From Takakia lepidozioides (lineage: Eukaryota; Plantae; Bryophyta): DNA of 19,378 nucleotides. The position numbers and the translations under genes were made by a program. Numbering within the stretch: the first letter of the stretch is position 1; each line of letters starts with the position of its first letter. Of this stretch, positions 1-9,518 are shown one piece after another. Below the pieces are notes generated by a model. The model was not told the origin of the DNA and did no database searches. It worked only from the letters and a program-made list of their open reading frames with translations. The DNA lies in the NCBI GenBank assembly GCA_030704615.1, contig JAKLZA010000036.1, forward strand, positions 1 through 19,378, given 5' to 3'.

Positions 1-35
1 AATAAGATCTTATTAACCATTTTAAAGAAGTTGCT

Positions 36-1382
36 ATGCTTAGTGCGCGACTCGTTCGAATTATTATTTCTTTTTTTTCAGGTTCGGAAGAACTGAGAAA
101 CACAATTAATTCTAGTCTATACCAGAAATAACTCATTGCTTCGTATTGAAACAATCCAATAAGCGAACTAAAAAATCATAGTTATATTCGTTTAAAAGCT
201 TTTTCCATAAAAACAAAAAGATTGATTTATGAAGCGAAGAAGTATTCCATAGTATTAATAAAAAAAAAATATATATATATAAATTATTACGTATTTTTTT
301 CAAACGTATGGTTAAAAAAAACCTTTCAAGAACTTTCGAAAAACGGTGTAATAAGGCATAAAACGAATCTTATTTGTAACAAAAATTGATTCTTAATTTA
401 TTGGAACAAGATAAAATAAGAGCTTTACCTCGAGAAACACTAAGGGAATCGACTATGTAACGGCAGGGACGAAGCTCCATCGTACAAAAGGAACCTAAAC
501 GTAAACTTGGAAGTTATGGGAACGATGGAACCTATGAGTGAATAAAATTTGTGTCAAATTTATTCATTTATCGGACGGGATGGCGAAATAAACCGATTCT
601 ATAGTAGTAACCAATAAAGGAGCTATAAGCAACAACTATAAATAACCTCTTTTTAATTTCAAATAAACAAAATTTTAATGAGTTTGAGTTAATATTCGCC
701 CGTGAAACTTTCAATTATTACAAAATTCCATTAGATAGAAAAATCTGCTGTCTTACCGACACTATTTCTTTTTATTCATCTGTTTTTTTCTACATCGAAA
801 GTGGGACAAATTATATAACTTTCTTTATTATATATTTTATATTTCTGTAAAATTAAAATTTTACAAGATTTTTATTCACGAGGAGCCGGATGAGAGAAAA
901 CTTTCACGTCCGATTTTGAAGTAGAGATGGAATAATAGATCGACTATAACCCTAAAAGAACGAGATTTCGTAAACAACATAGAGGGAGAATGAAGGGGAT
1001 ATCTACTCGAGGCAATCGTATTTGTTTTGGTAAATCTGCCCTTCAAGCACTTGAGCCTGCTTGGATCACTTCTAGACAAATAGAAGCGGGACGACGAGCA
1101 ATTACTCGTTATGCTCGTCGTGGTGGAAAGATATGGATACGCATATTTCCCGACAAACCTATAACTATGCGACCCGCAGAAACACGTATGGGTTCGGGGA
1201 AAGGATCTCCAGAATATTGGGTATCTATTGTCAAACCAGGTGGAATACTTTATGAAATAGGTGGAGTATCAGAAACTGTTGCTGGAGCAGCTATGAGAAT
1301 AGCTGCATACAAAATGCCTATACGTACCCAATTTATTACCGCTACAACTATACAAAAAACAAATCCAGAAACCTCTATATAA
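36..1382 (+). CDS. rpl16: Plastid 50S ribosomal protein L16, join(36..44,951..1382)
   Basis: The 9-nt exon 1 ATGCTTAGT (MLS) is typical of rpl16. Exon 2 reads [16 protein letters not shown]...[14 protein letters not shown] in one open frame. CAA at 1353 may be an edited stop (uncertain). Confidence 0.95.
45..950 (+). other. rpl16 group II intron
   Basis: The 5' end is GCGCG (consensus GUGYG). Domain V GAGCCGGATGAGAGAAAACTTTCACGTCCGATT lies at ~883-915. The intron ends CTATAAC just before exon 2. Confidence 0.93.
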
Positions 1383-1532
1383 CTATTTTTTTTCTTCTTC
1401 ACTTTCCGAAGTAGAGGTGGAGAAGAAATCATTATATAAATAGATTTAGTAATATTAAATTCACGCCCCCCGAAGGAGAGAATTCATTTCTTACCTCTTA
1501 GGGGGGATTTTCACTTTCCGAGAAAGAGAAAA

Positions 1533-1901
1533 ACGATTCAACCTCAAACTTATCCAAATGTAGCGGACAATAGTGGAGCTCGGAAACTAATGTGTATTCG
1601 AGTATTAGGAGCTAGTAATCGTAAATATGCACATATCGGTGATATAATTATTGCCGTGGTTAAAGAAGCGGTACCGAATATGCCTCTTAAAAAATCAGAA
1701 ATAGTTAGAGCTGTGATTGTACGTACCTGTAAGGAACTCAAACGTAACAATGGAACCATCATACAATTTGATGATAATGCTGCTGTTGCCACTAATCAAG
1801 AAGGAAATCCTAAAGGGACTCGTGTTTTCGGTCCAGTTGCTCGAGAATTACGAGAATCTAACTTCACTAAAATAGTCCCATTAGCCCCCGAGGTATTACA
1901 A
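1533..1901 (+). CDS. rpl14: Plastid 50S ribosomal protein L14 (ACG start and CAA stop both need C-to-U editing)
   Basis: Reads (M)[25 protein letters not shown]...LAPEVL. From ACG 1533 to CAA 1899-1901 is 369 nt, giving the canonical 122 aa. The ORF track starts late and runs past the true end. Confidence 0.95.
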
Positions 1902-2286
1902 AAAACGATTAATTTAATTTATGTATTTATAAGATATAGTATTTCGAGTTGGGAGTTAAATGAATCGGAACTGGAGAGAGGAAAAAACATTGTATAAATT
2001 TGTACATCAAATGGATAATTCAATTATTGTCGATTTCATTTCTGAACAAGAAACAAAAATTACTTAAAAAAAATCTTTTTGTTTTTGAACCTTTTTTAAA
2101 CCTATTTCTATCCCATCTCTCCCATTCCTCCATTTTCTTCTTCCTTCCCTCTCTCCCACTTCCTAGCCATCTCTACTCCAAAGTCATGGAACCATTTTCT
2201 ATAAATTTCAAATAAATATCTATTTCAGGATTTATTTTCAACATAATTAAAAAACTTATTTGTATTAATAGTGAGAAGGAGTTTTC

Positions 2287-2686
2287 ATGGGTAACGATAC
2301 CATTGCTAATATGATTACATCTATAAGAAATGCGAACTTGGGGAAAACGAAAACGGTTCAAGTACCTGCTACTAATATTACTAGGAACATCGGAAAAATT
2401 CTTTACAAGAAGGTTTTATAGAAAATTTCAGAGAGCATCAAGAAAATAAAAACTATTTTTTAGTTTTCACTTTAAAATATCGAGGAAGGAAAGAAAAAAA
2501 CCGTATATAACAACTTTACGGCGTGTTAGTAAACCCGGTTTAAGAATGTATTCCAATCACCAAGAAATTCCTAGAGTTTTAGGTGGAATGGGGATTGTAA
2601 TTCTTTCCACTTCTCAGGGAATTATGACGGATCGGGAAGCGCGACAAAAACGAATCGGAGGAGAAATATTACGTTACGTATGGTAA
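2287..2686 (+). pseudogene. rps8: Plastid 30S ribosomal protein S8, frameshifted as given
   Basis: Reads [20 protein letters not shown]...[48 protein letters not shown](R>C)YVW*. Frameshifts fall in a T-run (~2402-2404) and an A-rich run (~2490-2500). Confidence 0.9.
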
Positions 2687-2799
2687 TTTATTTACATCTC
2701 GTTTGAATAATTTCGCATAGGGGAATCTTGTAAATGAAAGAAGCTAGCTAGTACTATATTTATCGACGTTAGTTAATCAAAAAGGAGATTCTCCCCCTA

Positions 2800-3033
2800 A
2801 TGAAGAAACAGAATTTGATTGATATGGAAGGTGTAGTTACTGAATCACCTCCTAATGCCACGTTTCGGGTTTGTTTAGATAATGGATGTGAAGTTCCAAC
2901 TCATATTTCAGGGAAGATAAGACGTATTATATAAGAATTTACCGGGAGATAGAGTGAAAGTAGATTGAGTCCTTATGATTCAACTAAGGGGCGTATAACT
3001 TATCGACTTCGCACCAAATCTTCAAATGGTTAA
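2800..3033 (+). pseudogene. infA: Plastid translation initiation factor IF-1, frameshifted as given
   Basis: Reads [16 protein letters not shown](P>L)[12 protein letters not shown]...SPYD(S>L)TKGRITYRLR. An SD-like AAGGAG lies at ~2782. Three 1-nt deletions occur at ~2926, ~2940 and ~2964. Confidence 0.9.
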
Positions 3034-3175
3034 GAGATAAAATATTCTAGATTCAGGCGGAGTTGAAGTATTGGTAATAGTAGCAATAAGAAATAGAATA
3101 GATTAAAAAATTGGTACAAGAAAAGAACTCTACATTTTTCAATTTATTGATTGTATCAAAGTAAGGAATACAAAA

Positions 3176-3289
3176 ATGAAAATTCGTGCTTCTGTTCGTA
3201 AAATTCGTGAGAATTGTCGACTAATTCGTAGACGAAGACGAGTTATGGTGGTTCGTTCCAATCCAAAACATAAACAAAGACAAGGATAA
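3176..3289 (+). CDS. rpl36: Plastid 50S ribosomal protein L36 (37 aa)
   Basis: Reads [10 protein letters not shown](R>C)[15 protein letters not shown](R>C)[10 protein letters not shown] in an intact frame. It is below the ORF-track length cutoff. Confidence 0.96.
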   Translation: MKIRASVRKIRENCRLIRRRRRVMVVRSNPKHKQRQG

Positions 3290-3389
3290 TTTTTTTTTGG
3301 GTTCTCGCTAAAAATTCGAATTGATTTAGCAAAAATCCTAAAAAATTTTCTATATATTTCAAATTTTCTAATTTATATACAAAATAATT

Positions 3390-3802
3390 ATGGCAAAATC
3401 TAAAAAAAATATATTAAAAATCTATAAAAAAATTAGTTACGTAGAGGTAAACGCAGAATACTAAAGGAGTTATTCATATTCAAGCAAGTTCTAATAATAC
3501 AATCGTTACTGTTACGGATGTCCGAGGACAAGCCGTTTCTTGGTCTCCTGCAGGTGCTTGTGGTTTCAAAGGTACGAAGAAAGGTACGCCTTTTGCTGCT
3601 CAAACTGCAGCGGAAAATGCTATTCGTATGTTGATCGATCAAGGTATGAAACAGGCAGAAGTTATGATAAGTGGTCCTGGTCCAGGAAGAGATACAGCGT
3701 TACGAGCTATTCGTAGAAGTGGTGTAGTTTTAAATTTCGTACGTGACGTAACTCCTATGCCACATAATGGATGTAGACCTCCCAAGAAAAGACGTTGTAT
3801 AA
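3390..3802 (+). pseudogene. rps11: Plastid 30S ribosomal protein S11, frameshifted as given
   Basis: Contains GVIHIQAS(S>F)[13 protein letters not shown]...[18 protein letters not shown]. There is a ~20-nt imperfect duplication near the start (3396-3447), deletions at ~3447 and ~3471, and an extra T at ~3796. Confidence 0.9.
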
Positions 3803-3832
3803 GAATAAAATATATTCCAGAGAGATCTTAAT

Positions 3833-4852
3833 ATGATTCGAGATGAGATACCGATCTCCGCTCAGGTACTACAGTGGAGGTGCGTGGAATCTAGAGTAGA
3901 TAGTGCGCGTCTTCATTATAGTCGATTCGCCATACCTCCATTTAGAAGCGGTCAAGCCAGTACAGTCGGAATTGCTATGCGCAGAGCCTCACTTGGAGAG
4001 GTGGAAGGAACGTGTATCACATGTGCAGAATCCAAGAGAGTGACACATGAATATTCTACAATATTAGGCATTCAAGAATCGGTACATGACGTTTCAATTA
4101 ACTCAGGAGAAATTGTACTAGTAGAAGCGATTCTATGAAACACAAAAAGCGTTTATATCTATTCTTGGACCTAAAAAGGTAACTGCTCAAGACATCATAT
4201 CACCGCCTTCCGTCAAAATAATTGATACTACACAATATACAGCCACCGTTACTAAAGCAATTCATTCGGATATTGAATTGAAGATTGAGAAGATTTTGGA
4301 TACCGTATAGAGGATCCAATAAAATCCGCAGATGGAAATTCTCCTGCAGATGCCGTGTTTATGCCTATTCGAAACGCGAATTATAGTGTTCATTCTTTCG
4401 AAAACGGAAACGAGACACAAGAAATACTTTTTTTTGAAATATGGACTAATGGAAGTGTGACTCCCAAAGAAGCACTTTATGAAGCTTCTCGAAGTTAATA
4501 AATTTATTCATTCCTTTTTTACATGCAGAAAGAAAGAATTCATTTATGGATTGAAAAATACATATGATCTAAATGTCTTACTTCTCCTCTCCCTCCTTAT
4601 CAGCCGATATAGACGAAATGACAAAAGGAGTTACTTTAAACATATATTCATTGACCAATTGGAGTTACCCGCTAGAGCTTATAACTGTCCCAAAAGAGTT
4701 AATGCACATACAATATCAGATCCTTTAAATTATAGTCAAGATGATTTAATGAAAATAAAAACTTTGGAAAGAAATCCGTGGAACAGGTATTGGAAGCTTC
4801 ACAAAAACGTTTTTCGATAAATCTACCAAAAAACAAGCTCCACTTCCATCAA
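3833..4852 (+). pseudogene. rpoA: Plastid RNA polymerase alpha subunit, frameshifted as given
   Basis: Motifs [64 protein letters not shown] and [11 protein letters not shown] occur across frames. Indels lie near 4121-4133, 4291, 4496 and 4760. The end is assumed at CAA 4850-4852 (edited stop); otherwise it is TAG 4877-4879. Confidence 0.9.
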
Positions 4853-4999
4853 AAAATGCGTTTCCTATTTCTTCCTTAGATCCTTCTTATTCCACTCTTT
4901 CGATTCAAGAAGTAATTAATCCCCCCTTGGTCTCCATACTTATTCCTCCCCTTCATACAGAAATATATATGATTGAAGAATAGATATATTGATATAATC

Positions 5000-5151
5000 C
5001 ACTTTGCTTATTTTTTCTGAATTTCCAGCCACCAAAAGTACTTGAAATTCCAAATCTGACATGTGAAGGGCCAATCCCTGCTCCAAAAAAGCTCACTTTG
5101 CTATTTTTCCCGAATTTTCCAACAACCCAAAGCACTTGAAATTCCACATCT
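5000..5151. repeat. Imperfect direct repeat, ~58-nt core, period 94 nt
   Basis: CACTTTGCTTATTTTTTCTGAATTTCCAGCCACCAAAAGTACTTGAAATTCCAAATCT (5000) matches CACTTTGCTATTTTTCCCGAATTTTCCAACAACCCAAAGCACTTGAAATTCCACATCT (5094). Confidence 0.75.
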
Positions 5152-5464
5152 TCCGCAGGTCCAAAAATCATGAGACCAAGCCGGTGCACCCTCCTTATCG
5201 AGGGCTTTCCAACGGCACCGAACACCCAGCCTCGCGGTTTGGGAGATCTCAACGACGCTACAAACAAAACAAAACAAACGGCTCGATTCATATATTGATA
5301 AACCTTGCAGGAAAGCCGCAAAGTCCTACAAGGAGTCTGGAGACACTGCTCCGAGAATATTTATTTATATTTTTTTATTTAGTTCTGAAATTGAAGATAT
5401 CTAAGAAGACCAAAAATTAACCATCTGGCGTCCAGGCATCCAACGGCTAGAAAAGACAGGAGGA

Positions 5465-5516
5465 AAACCCTAAAACGAAAACCCTAAAGTAGGAGGGCGG
5501 GCTCTCTCTTTAGGGT
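5465..5516 (+). promoter_or_regulatory. Telo-box cluster upstream of RPSA
   Basis: AAACCCTAA occurs at 5465 and 5479, with a reverse TTTAGGGT at ~5509. Telo-boxes are established elements of plant ribosomal-protein promoters and 5' UTRs. Confidence 0.75.
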
Positions 5517-5594
5517 GGAGCAGACGGCCTGAATTTTTCTTTCGCGTGCTGCAGCCTTCGATACTACAGCACCGGTGGCAAGCAGGGCGCCACC

Positions 5595-7772
5595 ATGGCG
5601 CTCTCACAGAAGGAAGCATGACTGATGTGCAGATGATGCTTGCCGCCGATGTCCACCTCGGCACCAAGAACTGTGACTTTCAGATGGAGCGTTACGTGTG
5701 GAAGCGGCGCTCCGATGGTATATTTTCCCTATTTGAGTTTGGGAGTGACTTTTATGTGGGCGGGTGTGAGAGGAAGAGGAAGAGAGATGTGTTGGAGTTT
5801 AGCTGACGGAAATAGCGGGTGGTTGTAAGCAGGGATCTTCATTATCAATGTGGGGAAAACCTGGGACAAGCTGCGGCTCGCAGCCAGGGTGATAGTGGCT
5901 ATTGAGAACCCACAAGACATTATTGTGCAGTCTGCGAGACCCTATGGACAGCGTGCTGTCTTGAAGTTTGCGCAGTACACGGGCGCCCTGGCTATCGCAG
6001 GAAGGCATACCCCGGGTACCTTCACTAATCAACTTCAAAACACGTTCAACGAGCCTCGTCTGTTGATCCTGACCGATCCCCGTACGGACCATCAGGTTGG
6101 AACTCTCGTATTCTTGCATGCAGTCTTTTGTCGTAGTTCACCATCTTCTTCTCCTCGTGTTACCTACAGTGAGGTTGCGATCTTCATCATTACCTCATAT
6201 TGTATAAATTGTCGGTCGCCCTCAATGGTTGACGAAGAGTTCCTCGTGAATGAAGAATCTCTGTAATTCGGGGAATGGGGGCTTGCTGAAGGTGGATCTG
6301 AATGGGGGTATTGTTTTTGGAGTAGGAAAGGGCCTGATGGTTTATACCTGATTTCTATGTTTGGGACAAGGATTGTCTGGGACTCTGTAAATGCCATGTC
6401 TGAGTATTTGTCAGCGTTAGTTACGTCTCCATGATGCAGAGTTTTGGTGGGGTTGCACTGACGAATTAGTTTCTGACCGCCAAAAGTGATTGAAAATATA
6501 AAACAGACTAGAGGTGCGCGATGCAGCGATGTGACGTCTGTATTTTCTCTATGGTGAATGGCTTGCAGCCCATTAGAGAGGCGGCTCTTGGCAACATTCC
6601 AACAATTGCTTTTTGTGACACTGATTCACCCATGCGCCATGTGGACATTGCAATTCCCGCCAACAACAAAGGGAAACACAGCATTGGGTGCCTCTTCTGG
6701 CTGCTGGGTCGCATGGTGCTTCAAATGCGGGGGACTGTCACTCCTTCTCAGCCCTGGGATGTTATGGTATGTTAAGAACTACTTTTTGTACGTCTGCCAT
6801 GCACACTATTGTGTCCACAAGTCGACATATATGGAGGAATAGGTTAACACTACTCCATATCTGTCTTGTGTCTTCAGTAGTTTGGAGGCATTGTGGGCAA
6901 TGGCGGTCTGTTCTAATGGCTTGGTCATAAGCCCTTAGTGGTTTGCAGAAGATGTGAGCCACGCATTCCAGTTGGCCCATTACGGCTTTTACCACACTGC
7001 TTTGGTGGAGTAGGTATCTTTACAATCACTTGACCTTGGTAGCAAATGTTTAGTCTAATCACCCTGGTTTTTCGCTTTAGTGGGAATTTGCCTTAAGGTA
7101 GGAGGATGCTTAGCCTTTGAGTTCCAGTGTGTAATTGAGTGTCTTCCATGCTAGGAAGATTGGCTGGTATGTAAGTCGAGTTGGTATGTGCAGGTGGATC
7201 TCTTCTTCTTTAGGGAGCCTGATGAAACGAAAGCCCGTGATGATGAAGAGGGAGCTGCACCTGAGTTTGCAGCAGCAGAGTATGTGGCCCCTCCACTTCT
7301 CTTTGCTGCAGCTGATGGCCAGTGGGGCCCTGAGGCTGCTGATGCGGGTCAGTGGGAGTCTGATGCCACTGCTTTGGCACCCCCTGCTGTGGGAGTTCCA
7401 GAATGGACTTCTCAAGGTTTGTGTTGCTTTCTCTTACTTGTTCATTATGGTCTCCAATGGTACTGGTGATTTGTGTATGTTGGGAAGGAAAGGCTTGTTG
7501 GAAGTCAGGTTTGTTTCGTTGTGCTTTACTGTAAGGACCGAGTGCCGTAACGAATAGACAGGGCATTTAAGATGTATGCCTGGAAAATTGGAGGTAGTGA
7601 CTGATTTTTGGGTCAAAGTTTTGCAGTGCCTGTGTCAGGAGCTGGATGGGATTTGGCGTCAGCCCCAGCTGCATCAGCACCTGTTGGTTGGGAGACAGCT
7701 GCTCCTTTGGCACCATCGTGGGAAGCAGCTGCACCTGCAGCACCTACTGAATGGAATCCTGCTCCTCAGTAG
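5595..7772 (+). CDS. RPSA: Cytosolic 40S ribosomal protein SA (uS2), join(5595..5717,5833..6095,6569..6766,7194..7416,7627..7772); 5-nt insertion at ~5618-5623 in exon 1, alternative in-frame start at 5618
   Basis: Motifs [71 protein letters not shown] and [10 protein letters not shown], plus a Trp-repeat acidic tail. All four introns are GT-AG and phase-consistent. The product is 315 aa without the insertion, or 309 aa from ATG 5618. Confidence 0.93.
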
Positions 7773-9518
7773 TTCTGGCATTCTACAGGACAGCAACCTG
7801 GTGACAAAAGATGTTATCGAGTTTCCATTCTTTTATCCACCAAAAATAAAGTTGAGTAAGAATGCCTGGATAAGGCCTTGTCAGAACTTCGTTCTGGATT
7901 TGCAAGTTGGGAATACTCATCACATTCTTGATTCTTGGTGGTCTGGAATTATTTCATTCATTCTGCTTGTAATGTAACCCACACTGCAAGCTGTGTGGAC
8001 CAGCTATCACAGCTTCCCAGCAGCTCCATAAGGGAACACATTCGCTGTGGTAGGGCTGTATTGGCTAATAACTTTACCAGAGAACCCTGACAGTCAACTG
8101 TCTGAGCACGTGGTCGGGGAGAGGCATTAATGGACACAGACAGGATGATGAAGCAGGCCAGAGTGACCTGTAGGCGTCTCATGACATTTGGATGAAGACA
8201 TGAACCCCTAACCTAGATTGATGACTGGGTGAAAAAACCCGGCATTTCTCGCTGACATCATCCTATCCAAGCTTTTATTGGTTTCGCCTAACCATTAAAC
8301 GCCCGCAGGGTACTTCGACTTTTCACTAAAAAGTGACCCCCAGTCAGGGAAAATCACTGTAATTTCTGATTTTTTCACATTTGGGACATGAATGCCAATT
8401 TTCGGGCCAATCTGACCACATCCGCAAAAATGCCACCGTTGCAGGTGGGGCCTGATTTTGGGCCAAGTGCCAAATATTTTTCTATAAAATGGGGAAATTT
8501 GAAGACTTCAGTGAGGGTTCAAAATCGTTGAGGCTTGTGGAGAAACCAATTGGCCAGAAATTCAGCCAAGGGAGATTGGTCAAAGGAGGGGGGGTACTTT
8601 GCTGGTCATGAAGCCCATGCACTTGGTATGACCTTCGGAGCTCCATCTTGTCACAGACCTCTGTGTGAGACTCACCCTAGGCCACCAGCCTCAATGTGCT
8701 TGCAACAAGCTGTACATGGGTGGGATTTGAACCCATGCTGCTGCCCTCTGGCAGCTCATGTATGAACACAAGGAGGGAGAAACCCCCCACTTGTGTGCAC
8801 CCCCCTTGGTAAGGGAACTACACTACTCCTATGTAGTGTCTACTATGCACTGAGTCACTACTTACACAGGGTAGAGGGCCTCCAGCATACGAGAATTCAT
8901 AAACATATATCAGGTTTCTTGCTGCAACACCCTCACACTGTAACTTCTACTATTTACTGTACTGTGGCCAGCTCCTCTACAACTAAAAACTGTCACACTG
9001 TCACAATCGTACCAAAATGACTACTGCTGTTGCAGCCTGTTTGCTGAACTGGCAGCTGCAACAAAAGCACAAAACTTACAAATTCGACAATTGATGCAGC
9101 CCCTATGCTAAACTATGGGATGCACCGGAAAGACTTCACAACGACCAAATCAGAAAGCACTTTCTGCCAACCCAAACTCTACGCTACTGAGCTGCTGGCA
9201 TCACACCACTAAACAGGAAATCCAAGATTGATTCCCACACATTGATTCCCCAATTGAAACAGAAGCATTAGGTGAAATTGAAAGCTCCTTAAACATTGGC
9301 ATGGAAACGGACTCTCTATCCAAGCGACTCTCTATCCAACTCTAATAGAACCTCTTCATAGCCAGACCAAACATGTAGGCACTCACACCCAAGCACATAA
9401 TAGTATTGAAGCATGGACAGAGAATTACAATGACATATGAATGATTAGAAGTTCCCACTCCCTTCGTACCAGGAGTGACCTCTCTGCAGCGGCAAACAGC
9501 CCCCCACAGTTAGAATTT

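Larger units (their letters stand above)
1..4999 (+). other. Plastid-derived segment (NUPT or chimeric join): rpl16-rpl14-rps8-infA-rpl36-rps11-rpoA; open at the left window edge, right boundary approximate
   Basis: Canonical land-plant plastome gene order, AT-rich, with a group II intron. It is followed by spliceosomal-intron genes instead of the expected petD 3' end. The boundary lies between ~4880 and ~5000. Confidence 0.9.

Noticed and set aside
1902-1997. C-terminal extension of rpl14 in the ORF track
   Set aside because: It is readthrough of CAA at exactly the canonical stop position, best explained by editing.
5465-5516. Telomere remnant or chromosome-healing scar near the plastid junction
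   Set aside because: These are isolated non-tandem units just upstream of a ribosomal-protein gene, so ordinary telo-boxes explain them.
5546-5594. Upstream GTG start giving a longer RPSA N-terminus
   Set aside because: It is a non-ATG start with no similarity to uS2. The conserved N-terminus begins at ATG 5595.
8030-8106. U14-like CATTCGC motif followed by CTGA
   Set aside because: The U14 domain B (TTCCTTGGATG) and a suitable box C are absent.
8203-8213. AACCCCTAACC as a telomerase RNA template
   Set aside because: It does not template TTTAGGG, and I recognised no USE/TATA Pol III promoter.
8722-8800. Minus-strand B-box GGTTCAAATCCC (tRNA or SINE)
   Set aside because: There is no cloverleaf and only a poor A-box. 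A SINE relic cannot be excluded but is unsupported.
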